From positions 26,908,001 to 26,972,000 of the forward strand of contig OX597815.1 in the NCBI GenBank assembly GCA_951406725.2: a stretch of 64,000 nt of DNA. Direction: 5' to 3'. Under the pieces are notes generated by a model. The model was not told the DNA's origin. It did not search any database and saw nothing but the letters and a program-made list of their open reading frames with translations. The stretch comes from Octopus vulgaris (lineage: Eukaryota). Made by a program: the position numbers and the translations under genes. This document shows positions 11,769 to 25,510 of this stretch, piece after piece (within the stretch, counting starts at the first letter, position 1; every line of letters begins with the position of its first letter).

Positions 11769-13329
11769 ATTTAACATTACTGAATTTGAAGCTAAACTGT
11801 GAAATATAAGGCAATTATTTCTTATTATTTTATCATGAGAGAAATCATTTTATGATAATGTGTCTGAGAATAAGTGGATCCCTGTTGGTTTCAACGATGG
11901 GCATTCAGCTGTTTGATCAATTGAATTTTCTGCTCATCAAATTAAGTGCATAAGTGGTTGACTATTCCATAGGCACATGTACTTTTAACACAATTCTCAG
12001 ATGAGTAGAATCAACTTGACAGTAAGTGACAACACTGAAACTTTGAATTACAGAATATACAATATATTCAATGAACTTTCACACAGTTTCCCTCTACCCT
12101 TCACTCTCAAGGCTTGAGTTGACACAAGGTTATAGTAAAAGACACTTGCTCCAAGATGACACACAGTAGGGTTGAACCTAGAACTTTATGATTGCAAGGT
12201 AAACTTTTTGACTATATATTACATACACATCTATACTGCATATACATGTGAATGTAGCATTTTAAAAAGATAGTTAAATATTGTTACTGTTGATTAGACT
12301 TCCATCATATTAAATTCAGTCAAAAAATATAAACATGAAACAGAATAGATTTTGGCATCTTGACTGAATAAATATTAAAATGACAGTAGCTAATAACATT
12401 CTAAAAGGTCAGGTCATTGCCTACCATCCATTCAGAAGAAATTCAATTCCATATAGAAATGTCAATTGATTCTAAACAGGTTAAGCTTAAAACTTCTTAA
12501 AATCAATGTTTCCAAAAAAAAATGTTTACATGTAAGGTTGTCTTAGCCTAAACTACTCACAGCAAATCAAAAATTTTCTGATGCAAAAATATACAAAACT
12601 CTACAAAATATGTTTGTAGCATTTATTTCTCTCTTTCCTCCTAAAATCCATATCTCAATTACTCAAGAAAATGCAGAAGCATGTTTCTCAGACAACAAGA
12701 GACTACCATCATTTAACATTACTGAATATGAAGCTAATCTTTGATATATAAAGCAATTATTTCTTATCATTTTACTATGAGAGAAATCATTTTATGATAA
12801 TGTGTCTGAAAATAAATGGATCCCTGTTTGGTTTCACCCTGCACAAATGATTTGTTTATAGTGATCAAATATTTGTGATGTACATCAGCTCACTTTTTCC
12901 ATCAAATCGATGTTGCCTGAAAAGCTGCACAGTGTATCACATATCAGCATCAAAGTGATCGCAGTGGAACATAAGATGAAGTGTTTTCTCAAAAACACAA
13001 AGCATCATCCAGTCCAGGAATTGAAACCATGATCTCACAATCATGAGCGCAACACTCTAACCACTAGTCCATGTACCCTCATAGTAATGTTAAGCAGATA
13101 TGAGATAACACTCTGCTTCAATCACTTGTCTACAGAATAATAATCAGCTGTCATATGCTCTTTTAATTCTTTAGTTTGTTTTAATCATTAAGATCAAGCC
13201 CATGTTTGACCACATCCTTCATATGTTTTCTCTCTAACTATTATATTTATTGATTTGAATTGTTGCATGTGGGAAAAAATCCAAATCAAACATTAGATTA
13301 ACTCCACAAAGTTATTTTTATTTGTAAAT

Positions 13330-14720
13330 CTATGATCTGTCAGTTTATGATCTATAGTCTATCATTCAATAATATGACATTTATCAGTCTGTGATCTGTC
13401 AGTCTATAATCTGCCAGTCTATGACTAAGATGTTCGCCAGTGATAATTTTATGGTCAGTCAGTCTGTGATCTGTCATCAGTTTATGATCTATTAGTCTAT
13501 CAGCTTATGATCTATGACTTGTAGCATGTGATGTCTGATTTGTTAATCTAAATGGTATGTTCTGTCAGCCTTTGCATGTATGATGTAATATTACCACTCC
13601 TTAGTCTCCTTGTCTATGATCTATGATCTATGTTCTGTCAGAGTATGATTTATGATCCACTAGTTTTTGATCTATGTTCTATCAGTTTAAGATCTATAAT
13701 CAGTCAGTTTATAATCTATAATCCATCAGCATATTATCTTTGGTGCATAAAACTATCTTTTGTAGGTATATACTCTTTTATTTGTCAGTCTATAATCTAT
13801 GCGATATCTGTTTAATGATCTATAACCTGTGACCTTCTGGTACATTATGTGTCTATTATCTATGATCAATAATTGGTCAGTCCATGATGTCAGCCTATAT
13901 GTGATCTACAATCTGTAAAACTATGATCTACGATTTATAATGAGTCACTTTATAATCTAATATTTTCACTCCATGATCTCTCAGGCTATGATCTATGTTC
14001 TCTGCATCTATGATATATAATCTGTCAGTTTATGATCTACGATTTGTCAAGTTATATTTTATCATCTATTAGTTTTTTTTTTTTTATCTATGAACATATC
14101 AGTCCATGATCTATGATTTCTTAGCCTATCATATGTCAGTCAATAGTCTACAACATAGTTATCTATGATCTGTCTATGGTCTGTCAATCTTTGACATATG
14201 ATATATTAGTTTATAATCAGTGATATGTCAGTATATGATCAATGATCTGCCATTCTATGAACTGTTAGTTTATGAGCTATGATCTGTGACTCTATGATCT
14301 AATATTTGTCACTTAAAGATTTGTCAGTCTACAATTTTTTATCTATTAATTTATGTTCTATGATTTATCATCGACCTATGACTCGCCAGTTAATGATCTA
14401 TAGTGTGCCAGCCTATAAACTTTTAGAGTATTATTCAGGATTTCTCAGTCTATGAGGATCAGTCTGTGATATGTGATTTGTCTGTTAACTATCTGTGAGC
14501 AGTTAGTTCATGATCTATTATCTACCAGTCAATGATCAATGAACTGTCAGTCTACTAGCTATGATCTATCAGACTATGACTTATTATTGGTTAATGATCA
14601 TTGATCTGTCTGTCCATGATGTTTCTGTTAATGATCTAAAATCTGTAATTCCATGATGCATCCTCTCTCAGTCTGTGATGCATGATTTCTTAGTCTGTCA
14701 TGCTTTTGTTTATGAACATC
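13330..14720. repeat. Degenerate short-period satellite built from ATCTATG and ATCTGTCAGTCTATG units
   Basis: Dozens of imperfect TCTATGATC and CTGTCAGT motifs over ~1.4 kb. Confidence 0.8.
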
Positions 14721-14832
14721 AAGATGATTTCTGTTGACACTGTCTCCCAAGGTTAAAAGAATAATTATCAAAGTGTGGCATTGGTTGAATATTTTCAGTT
14801 TTTAAAGTATTTACATTAATATGAATATAATA

Positions 14833-15050
14833 TTGATTTCAAACTTTGGCACAAGGCCAGCATTTTTTTGGTGGGGGGAGGTTAAGTCAATTACATCAAG
14901 CCCAGTGTCCAACTGGTACTTATTTTATCAACTGTGAAAAGATAAAAGGTAAAGTCAACCTCGGCAGAATTTGAACTCAGAATGCTAAGACAGACAAAAT
15001 GCTACAAAGCATTTTGCCCAATGTGATAACAATTCTGCCAGCTTGCCATC
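14833..15050 (-). mobile_element. SINE family C copy
   Basis: Homologous to 60354-60565 in reverse. Confidence 0.7.
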
Positions 15051-15727
15051 TTAAATATGTGCATAATATTAAATATTGCTATAATAATAATTTATTTTCT
15101 TTCTCTCTAATTTTGATCGATAGTTTTCATAATGTATTTATAGAGAAATTTTACCCTGATCTGCTTGTAACCAAGTAAAAAGTCCTTAAGGAACCACTTT
15201 GGGCAAGAGTTAAATTTTATAACCAAATAATTTTTTGCTTGAATCCAATGTGGAATTAACTTTTAAGCATACTGTAGATCACCACCACCACCACCATCAG
15301 CATCAGCAGCCGTTCAAGAATTTGGACCTGGAGATCTCCATTTCCAGCGACTTCAAGGGCCACCTCCCAGTGGTGTCGGGCATCAACAAAGAGCCCTCGA
15401 CTACAACAAAACGACCAGAATTTTTTTTTCCAAGATCTGGGGTCTCCCGCCTCTAAGCCCTAGACCATCACTTAATCACCCTTACCCATTTTGTTGCTTA
15501 ACAACAACAACAACAATCAGCATCATCATTATCATTTAACATACATGTTCAATACTGGCAAGGATTGGACAGTTTGACAGGATCTAATGGGTCCAAGGGC
15601 TGCATCATTCCCCAGTGTCTTCTTTGGCATGGTTCCTGCAGCTGGATGCCCCTCCTAACATCCCTCACTTTACAGTGTTTTGATATAAAATAATATTCAT
15701 TGACAGAGCTTCAAGAAAGAAACATAC

Positions 15728-15916
15728 CTCAGTTTGTATACTATCAATCCAAGCCTTTAATTTTCTATCATCTTTGTATTTATGCAAAGCTAGTGTGAGA
15801 CGCTGTCGGGGAACATCCATAAACTTCTCTGTGGACACAGGAGCAGAGAATAACAACCAAATAAGTACTCCAAAAATTAACTCTATGATTATCATAAAGC
15901 CAAGCATAATGTAAAA
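15728..15916 (-). CDS. TspanC8-type tetraspanin exon (TM3 and start of EC2)
   Basis: TTTTTGCAG| 189 nt |GTATGT, phase 0/0: FYIMLGFMIIIELIFGVLIWLLFSAPVSTEKFMDVPRQRLTLALHKYKDDRKLKAWIDSIQTE. Has the TM3 Glu and the YxDD..L..IDxxQ motif. Confidence 0.95.
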
Positions 15917-17266
15917 CTGCAAAAAGACAAAAGAAAAAACAAGAGAAATTATAGTGAATTAACACAGATTAAAACATAACACACAAATTAAAACATAATG
16001 ATATAAAATTTTATTAGATATTATAAACACCAGTTTAGGACAAGAAAATAAAGGAATAAGTTCACTGACAAAATTATTACCTGCTGGGTGACAGTATTAC
16101 TTATTTCATTACAAAGAAACCTAGCATTCCTTATTTCACATTGAATACTGTAAATTGTTGCTGTTATTTTAATTGTACTGTTTTACCCACCAAAAGATAA
16201 TTCAAGCATCTGAGGTATTATTATCCTTGGATTTTTCTAGAATTCTAATGTTGAGACTAAAGAATTAAGACAGAGTATTTATGAAGAGCTTAAGTGTAAC
16301 AGTTAAATAGATAAAATAGTGTCTTTCATGTGAAACATCACCAACAGAAAACACAAGTATAGATGTGTGGGCCAGTTCAGAAGTCCAGTTCTGAAGTAGC
16401 TTTGAGTGGAACCTCCGTAGCTTTGAGTGGAACCTTAGCCAAATGTCTTCTCATAACTTCAGGCTGACCACTTTGTGAGTGACATTTGGGAGATGGAAAC
16501 TGTGGAAGTAGGTCAGAGGCATCATTCCTGCTATGGGTAATCTGCTCTTGAATATCTTCAAAAGAATCCACTCTTTTGTAAATATTTGGGCAAAGTCTTT
16601 TCTGATAATAACTTCCTGCTTCCCACTAGTCTTGGAGCTACAAATGCTTTTCTTCATTCTTAGACAACACCAGAAAAAATAAATAAAAAATAAGCAGTTA
16701 AGATATTAATGATACTACCAAAAAAATTTCTAGATATTCTGCTCTCAAGCATTTCTAGATATTCTGCACTTCCAACCAGCATGTCCGAGGAATCATTAAT
16801 ATTGCCAAGTGCAATCATTGACATGAAACTCAGTAATATTCTGACCTAATACATCATGTTTAGTAATGTACTACTCAATAATATAAAAATATAAACACAT
16901 GCAAAGACTTTAAATACAACTCTTTCCTCCAGATCTAACAAGTAAAGAAAAAATACAGCACAGAACAACCCACTCTTAGCTGTGTGGTTCTTAACTGAAA
17001 ATAACTCCATCTCATCTTGAGATCAGAAGATACATAGTACATGTCTTCCACTGTACTTTAAAAAGGACAGAAGCAAGTATTTCCTTGCAATGATCTCTGG
17101 TGTGACTCTTGGATTTGTTTCTGAGAGATGAGCATCTGATGAGATTAATGCTGTAAATTGCATTTAATAAAATATAAACTGAAATGAAGAGAAATGATTA
17201 CAACAATCAATCAAAACCAGATTATAGATCTACCTTAAAGCAAAAGAATAATGTGAAATTACTTAC

Positions 17267-17455
17267 CACTCTTAGTAAATACCTATTCCCTTTAATGGTT
17301 CCAATGCATCCAAATACAGCCATAAGAAATGTTATTGATGCTACTATAAAAAGGACAATGGCAGGGTCCAAAATAAATTCTATAGCGTCAGTCACAACTT
17401 TTTTAGTTCCTAAGAGAATATAATAACTAATCACAATTGCTATTACTGCTACAAC
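17267..17455 (-). CDS. TspanC8-type tetraspanin exon (end of TM1, EC1, TM2, inner loop)
   Basis: CTTTTCAG| 189 nt |GTAAGT, phase 0/0: VVAVIAIVISYYILLGTKKVVTDAIEFILDPAIVLFIVASITFLMAVFGCIGTIKGNRYLLRV. Has the DP..GCIG..N..LL motif. Confidence 0.95.
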
Positions 17456-17575
17456 CTGAAAAGAAAAGAAAATAAGCAATTTATATACTGTTTGTACAAT
17501 TGGAAAATTTTAATGTAAAGCAGATACAAATAAGGAAGAACATTGCATGATTTCTTGCGTGTGTGTATGGAGGTG

Positions 17576-17643
<68 letters not shown>

Positions 17644-18090
17644 CTGTCTGTCTGTCTGTCAGTCTGTATGTGTGTATGTTTGTATTCCTGTGGTGAGGGT
17701 CAGAAATTTCACTTGGTATTCAGATAGTGCTTGATTACTTCCTACACTGATAACCTGATGCTAATAACAGATATCTCAAGGAGATACAAAGCAGCTTCCA
17801 TACATGGACAAACAGTTTAGAGGTGAAAAAGTTATGGTAGGGGATTAGATGGGTGGCAGAATTTTTTTTTTTGATGTTAGTGTTGCAAATAGTTAGGCCA
17901 TTTACATTACAGAACGTCAAGCACCTCACAAACTTATGCATACATACACATATGTATGTGTATGTGTAAGTGCATATGTACATTTGTGTGTGTATATGTG
18001 GATATATATACATATATATAGGGAGAGTTTACGAAAAAAACAAAAGATGAAGACAGGTGGTGTACAAAACAAACAGATGTATTAGTATAA

Positions 18091-18161
<71 letters not shown>

Positions 18162-18162
<1 letters not shown>

Positions 18163-18550
18163 CATCATTATCATAATCACCCTTTAACGTCCATTTTCCA
18201 TGCTGGCATGGGTTGGATGGTTTAACTGAAAACTTGTAAGCTGGGAAACTGCACCAGGTTCCTATCTAATTTGGCATGGTTTGTATGGCTAGATGCCCTT
18301 CCTAAAGCCAACCATTCCAAGAGTGTATTGGGTGTTTTTCATGTGTCACCAGCAATGGTGCCAGTTACATACCATCGGCACCAGCCACAACTACGATCTC
18401 ACTTGGCTTGACAGGTCTTTTCAAGTAAGCCAAATTGCCAAAGGTCTCGGTCACTTGTTACTGCTTCCATGAGGCCCAACGTTTGAAGGGTGCTTTTTAC
18501 ATACCACTAGCACAGGTGTCAGTTTTGTGACACTGGCATCAGCCACGACT
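18162..18550 (-). repeat. Family B retroposon copy, degenerate
   Basis: (CAT)n then TTTAACGTCCATTTTCCATGCTGGCATGGGTTGG. Confidence 0.7.
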
Positions 18551-18572
18551 CTCTCTCTCTCTCTTGCACATG

Positions 18573-18604
<32 letters not shown>

Positions 18605-18619
18605 CACAATTCTTATATA

Positions 18620-19970
18620 GGCAAGGATCCGTAGGTGTGTTGGTCTACATTTACAGAAGCTGTTTTGGCTCCATCTTAGAATAGGATCAATGTGAGAAGT
18701 AATTCTATTGCAAAGCAAAATGTTATAGAATTTTTAGGCTAAAAGTGAGAGTGTATTTCTTTGTAATTCTGAGGCAAGTAAAGATCATCATCTTTTGAAA
18801 GTAGAATAACTGAAGACTTTAAAAAAGCTATTGATTTGTTTACTTTAAGGGCATTTTTGAAGCTTTTCAGTGGTAAATGGGCCAATCTGGATTGGCATGC
18901 TATCTCCTGCTTTGTGGTTGAAGAAAGGATTGTCATCAAATTTGGTGTTATATAACCCCGTGTTACCAAGTAACAATTTAAAGTGCTGAAACCAAGCATT
19001 TAGGGACTTGTCAGTGGTTTCCCCCAAAATATGCAGAATCACTGCAGATCTCTTGTTACTAAGTTTCCTCAAAGCTGCCCTTTGTAGAGGTTGTTGCATT
19101 CTTTAGGTTTGGATTTAATGTGTATTTCTAGTGCCTCTTTGTATGCTTGATCAAGTGAAATTTTAGCTGAACTGAGATTCCTTTCATTACTCTTGGGGAA
19201 CATAGATTAGTATTTGTGGGTTGTTTTCTTCAAATCCTTTCTGGTTTCTGTTACTTTCTCATTGGAAGCAAAGGTTAGTTGTCTTTCTTCATTTCTTTGG
19301 AAGCAATTCCAGTGTTATATCTCTACTGGTAGAGGTTAGGTTATCATATAAAAAATTGTGTCCTTAACTACAATTCTTGTCCTTAACCCTTTAGCATTTA
19401 AACCGGCCATATCCGGCCAAAAGTATTCTGCCTGTTTTATGTTCAAACTGGCCAGATCTGGTCTCTCACACCAGCCCTACAATATCGTTTTAAAAATTAA
19501 CAGCTACCTCATCAAAATCTCATAGTAACAAGATAATGCCTGATTAGTTCAAAACAATGTGGATAAAAAAGGATTAATTTTGGCAGAATAATGTGAACAC
19601 TAAAGGGTTAAGCCTGTTACAGAGAGGAACAAACTTGTGTACTGCAACAGTAAACTTATTACACAGATCGGTTGCTTTTGCTCAGTTGATTGGTTTCATA
19701 GGATTTCTAACTCATACTATGTCCTTCCAGTAACTTATGTGGCTTTTGTATGAAACAGTTCTATGGTTAGATATAACACCTTCAAAAGTGTTGTGTGCAC
19801 ATGAATTTTTAATGTTTTTAATGCACTTCTTTCTAGTTAGGATTCAGCAGAACTGAGTGAGGCTGCCCCAATATGACACTATATCCAGAGCTTGCATGAA
19901 TGGTTCTGAAGTCTTGTTTTAGTAGCAACAATATTCTGCTGTTCCTTGAATCCCTTTATGTGCTTACTAT
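18620..19970 (-). mobile_element. Decayed non-LTR retrotransposon fragment (endonuclease-RT linker region), interrupted by a MITE
   Basis: Broken ORFs with NAWFQHFKLLLG..IGPFTTEKL and LKSFKNALKVNKS; many stops and frameshifts. Confidence 0.45.
19387..19607. mobile_element. piggyBac-like MITE
   Basis: TTAA|CCCTTTAGCATTTA ... TGAACACTAAAGGG|TTAA: CCC/GGG termini and a TTAA target duplication. A related reverse copy lies at ~63610-63808. Confidence 0.85.
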
Positions 19971-20591
19971 TCAACTTCTGTTGGTGAGGAGTGAATCTGA
20001 AGTGAAGTCTCTAGCTGTTGAACTATGGTATTCTAGATGGAACAGTCAAAGCCCTTTTCATTCATCATCATCATTTAATGTCTATTGTCCATGCTGGCAT
20101 GGGGTGGACGGTTTGACCAGAGCTGCACCAAACTCCAGTCTGATTTGTCATGGTTTCTATTGCTGGATGCCTTTCCTAACTCGAACCACTCTGCAGAGTG
20201 TGGTGGGTGCTTTTACTTGGAACTGCGAAAAAAAAAAAAGCACCCAGCACACCATTATGTATGGAAAAACCATCCTGTTGGTATGTGTATGCATGTGTGT
20301 GTCTGTGTGTGCATGCCCATATGCATGCACATATATGCACATAGGTAGATGCATGTGAGTGGATGTGTGCAGGGGTATGCAGTGTACAGCCTGCTACTGC
20401 AGGGATTACAAAAATATTTATGGACTTTAATATCTCAGGTAAAGTCTGCCTAAGAGGAAGAATTTTAAAACTGATACCACAAACCTGCCAGGGGCATTAA
20501 CCTATTGTCTCAGTTCACTTTCTTACATCCACCTACTTACACACACATATGCACACACACTTGTACACACACCACAACACATCACATGAAC

Positions 20592-20630
<39 letters not shown>

Positions 20631-20904
20631 ACAAACACACACACACACACAGAGGCATGTATGCATGATGATGACAATAATGACATATATATATATATAT
20701 ACATACACACACACATACATGCATATATATATATATATATATAAACACACACACACACACACACACATGGTTGCTGTTATTGATTTATTATTGTTATTGT
20801 TGTTGTGGTTGTGTCAAGATTATTTTATTTTCTTCTCTCCTCTACTATGTATGTATGTGGGGAGTTGCAAATTGCGTATGTGCATGTGTGTGTGTGTGTG
20901 AGTA

Positions 20905-20944
<40 letters not shown>

Positions 20945-22218
20945 TGTGTGTGTGTGTGTGTCTGCCTGAATATGTATAAAGAAGGTGTGGCTTCCACTGC
21001 TTTCCTCAGATTGACTTTTTGTCTCACTCCTATTAATGCCATCCTACAAATTCAAACTCTGTCAACCCCTATTCTGTCATATCAATGATGCTGAGTGTGA
21101 TTTGCACAACTGGAATATTTTAGGGCAAACGTCCCTCTAAGCTTTGTATTTTTTGCTGTGAATACTGAGGAGGTGTTTTGATTGTGTTATACCATTTTGC
21201 TAATTGGCTTGCATAGCAACGGCAGTTGATTTACCGAAACACATGTATGTTTTATTAAATGTTAAAAATTCAATATTTTCTGTGTTTATTATTACTATAA
21301 CATGGCTCTTATTCTACATGCTAGCCTATCTGGTGGTTTGATGGTTTTTGTCTAATTATGGTGGGTGTAGAAGCGGAGTGTGGAACTTTCTGAACTCAAA
21401 CCTTTGGTTACGTTTCGCATCTTCCAGTACACTTATTTTCTATATATATATATATCATCATCATCGTTTAGCGTTCGCTTTCCATATGTGTGTGGTGTGT
21501 GTGTGTGTGTGCATATGTGAGTGTAAGTAGGTAGATGTACGTGTCTGTTTTCAGTCATGGCAAATATCATTTCAATAATGAATGAAATGAGAAAACAAAT
21601 GTAATGCATATATTATCACAAGATATTGATTAGATTCCCAAAGACTACAGGTTGCTTTAATAACCCACTTGAGATTATACTAAAGTTCTGTTGTCCTGGC
21701 AACCTGTTCAGTATTGTGACCAATACCAATTGTTATACTGGCAATAAAACTTTTCAATTGCTTTATTAAATTTAAGTGAAGGACCTTTAACTGTTAGTAA
21801 AGATAGAAACATTCTCTTTCAATTGAAAATAAACACTTGATGTATGTAATATTGTTGGTAGAGAGCACAGAAGATAAGCTTAAAAAGGAGTTGCACAGAC
21901 AATAACCATTTCTTACCTGCCTTTTCAGTTTATGACTGGATGATGGAGATAAATGTGTGAAGTTAGCGCAGCTAACAGTATAATTTTTTAAAAAAATGAT
22001 GCTGGTGGACTATTAGAGATGTACATATGTATAGAGATAGTTGTTTCAGACAATTGTAATCTGGGGAAGAAGGATAATTGCTAGTGTGTGGTTCTAGATG
22101 AGCTTCAATAATGCAGAGTTGTGGCATACAGGAAGTTAACTGAATGGCTAAGTGGGACCACAGATCAGGAAAAGGATGAAAGTGTTAGCAGATACATTTC
22201 AAGAGTTTGAAGCCTCTG

Positions 22219-22374
22219 CTTACCAACCACATGGTTCCAGGTTCAGTCCCACCGCGTGGCACCTTGGGCAAGTGTCTTCTACTATAGCCTCGGGCCAACC
22301 AAAGCCTTGTGAGTGGATTTGGTAGACGGAAACTGGAAGAAGCCCGTCGTATATATGTATATATATATATATAT

Positions 22375-22407
<33 letters not shown>

Positions 22408-22636
22408 GTGTATATGTTTGTGTGTCTGTGTTTGTCCTCCCACCATTGCTTGACAACCAACGGTGGTGTGTTTACGTCCCTGTAACTTAGCGGTTCAGCA
22501 AAAGAGACTGATAGAATAAGTACTAGGCTTACAAAGAATAAGTCCAGGGGTCGATTTACTCGACTAAAAGGCGGTGCTCCAGCATGTCCACAGTCAAATG
22601 ACTGTAACAAGTAAAAGAGTAAAAGAGTAAAAAAGA
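22219..22636 (+). mobile_element. SINE family A, 5'-truncated
   Basis: Starts near the B-box region; family A tail with (GTAAAAGA)n. Confidence 0.85.
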
Positions 22637-22869
22637 GGTGAGATACAATAGGAGTGAGTTCAGCTTCTTGTTCAAAAGTTGATGGTGCACAAAGAAACCT
22701 TTTCTACTTTGTTTATTGATAGTGTAGCCTGACACTGTTGCCTAAACTGTAGTGCCTGATTGGTATCTCATAGAGGTGCTCTTTAGTGGTACTTGGCAAA
22801 GTTGCCTTGCAAGTGACCCAAAAATTATGTCCAACAATGTTGTGCTACAGTACTGACTGATGATGCTAT

Positions 22870-23390
22870 CTGTTTGTGGTTCCTGATAGTGATGGCTGGC
22901 AGTGTTGTTTGATAATTTATCTAAATGTGTTAGCTGCCAGTGTTGGCTGACAGTGTATCTGACAGTCATATCTGACAGTGTATCTGACAGTCATATCTGA
23001 CAGTCATATCTGACAGTGTATCTGACAGTCATATCTGACAGTGTATCTGGCAGTATTATCTGACAGTGTTGCTTGACAGTGTTGCATGATCATAGAGCAA
23101 TGTTATCTGAAAGCACTGTTTGACAGTGCTGCATGATAATGGTTCTGACAATAGTACTTAACAGTGCTTATCTTATAATGTTACCTGGCAATGTTATCTG
23201 AGTGTTACTTTACTATGGTACCTAACAGCAGTACCTTACAGTTATTTGAGAGTGTTATATGACAGTATTACTTGACAATGTTAACTAACAGTACTCTTTG
23301 ACTACTTTTTAATAGCTGTCTGGTATTATTGTCAGACAATATTTTGTGACTGTGGTATCTGACCATATTGCCTAGAAGTGTTGGCTGACT
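22870..23390. repeat. Minisatellite of 12/13-bp units (CTGACAGTGTAT / CTGACAGTCATAT)
   Basis: Near-perfect units at ~22947-23046, decaying on both flanks. Confidence 0.85.
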
Positions 23391-23726
23391 GTGTTTGAAA
23401 ACACCATCTGCATGCACAGATAACATAAAGTTAATGAATATCTGTATTAGACTCTAGACTTTGAGATTTAAATTTCCATGTGTTTAATACCCAATCATTA
23501 AAGAACAAAAGAAATTTTTTATGTTCATGCATATTTAATATATTGTAGTACAGCGTTATGTGTTTTTCCTAAAAAAAAAAAGAAGTTAATGTAACTCAAC
23601 AGAACATGAGTTACAACCCAAAATAATTGTAATATATGCATGTTCACAACATTTCTCAGATAATTAATGCAAATGAATTAACTTTAGAAAGTACATTGCT
23701 CTACTTTGTTAAGCATTGTAATATAT

Positions 23727-23811
<85 letters not shown>

Positions 23812-23813
23812 TG

Positions 23814-23859
<46 letters not shown>

Positions 23860-23873
23860 TATATATATATGTG

Positions 23874-23919
<46 letters not shown>

Positions 23920-25224
23920 TACACACACACATATATGTGTGTTATATTCATGTATAATGCTATGGCATGAGAGCACTTTGTATATCGAAATAGTTAACAT
24001 TGTATATATCGTATTGTATATATTGCATGATATAATTTAATACTGGCCTCATTCTTAAGGATGTAGAACACTTTCTTGTGATAAATCATTTATATTTTTT
24101 TTCTCAAAGACATGTCAAGATATGTTCTGAGTGTGTATATATTACTCTCTTTTCTATTTGGTAATTCTGCCTGTTCTTTTATGTTTTGTGTTTTTACATG
24201 AAAAATGCATAATGGCATGCTACTTACTGTAAGATGTTTATGTATAGTTATAAAACCTCTCCCCCCAATAATGATTGTGTATGCAGCATATAAAACACTG
24301 AAATCCCAAAATCACGAGATTCATACAGACACATATTTAGTTGAGTACACACACACACATGCACACACATGCACACACATGCACTCACGCACATGCACAC
24401 ACACACATGCAGAAATTTCCATATTATATGCTACCATGGTGACAATATATCAAATTAGAATAACCCAACATGGTTGTACAAGAAAAATGCCAGAATTTTA
24501 TATGAAATGCCAAATTGTAAGTGTACTAGCTCTGCAGTACATCAATAATTTAGTTTACCAATATTGCAGTATAAATCCAGAATAATGGCTGATGTTAATG
24601 ATATCTTGCATTGGAACAAGGCCACATAATTTTAAGGTACTTGTTATATTAACCCTGAAATGATAAACAGCAAAGGTGAAGTTTGTGGGATCTAAATTTA
24701 ATGGAACGAAACTAAATACTTTAACACATTTGGCTTGGCACTCTACCATTTTCTCTATTCCGTTTTTTGGTAGTTGATAATGATAATTACTATTTCTTTT
24801 CATAAAAAACAAAGCTGATTTTTTTTTTACAATAGGAAGTTTACTGGCATCTACAGAGGCATTCTTGATTTGTTGAGAATGCAAAGAAGTCTTTGATTCT
24901 TTGATTCTAAAATTTGAATATTAAATCACTGAGATTTTGAATGAATAATGCATCTACTTTCATTCACTACAATATTTTCAATATGTTTGAATGAGTATCC
25001 TACAAAAAATTACTTATTTCCTGGTTTCCTTTTGTTTCTCCAGTATTTGAACTTTTCACTTAAATCTCATGTGACACTACTTGTTTTGATTTTATTCTAG
25101 AAACAGGTTTTGATCAAAATAAGTCAGGTTAAGCTTGAAGTTTCCTCATCAAAAGCAGAGAAAGCTATGCGAATTACAGTTGCTTTCAGCTCAGACTAAG
25201 TTGCCATACTATTTTCTCAACCAG

Positions 25225-25510
25225 CACCGCCTTGACTGGCTTCTGTGCCGGTAGCTCATAAAAAAAGCACCAACTGATCGTGGCCGATGCCAGACCCCTC
25301 TGGCACCAGTGCAGGTGGCACGTAAAAAGCACCCACTACACTCGCGGAGTGGTTGGTGTTAGGAAGGGCATCCAGCTGTAGAAACACTGCCAGATCAGAC
25401 TGGAGCCTGGGGCAGCCCCTGGCTCCCCAGACCCCAGTCGAACCGTCCAACCCGTGCTAGCACGGAAAACGGACGTTAAACTATGATGATGATGATGATG
25501 ATGATGATGA
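25225..25510 (+). repeat. Family B retroposon copy
   Basis: Conserved 3' end and (GAT)n tail. Confidence 0.8.

Noticed and set aside
15300-15456. GC-richer ORF segment KNLDLEISISSDFKG
   Set aside because: Resembles a short CR1/L2 RT C-terminal scrap (KDLGxxISSDLK); too short to annotate as a gene.
17136-17178. CTGATGAG followed by hairpin ATTAATGC..GCATTTAAT (hammerhead-like)
   Set aside because: GAAA core and stems I/III are missing; at best a dead relic, possibly chance.
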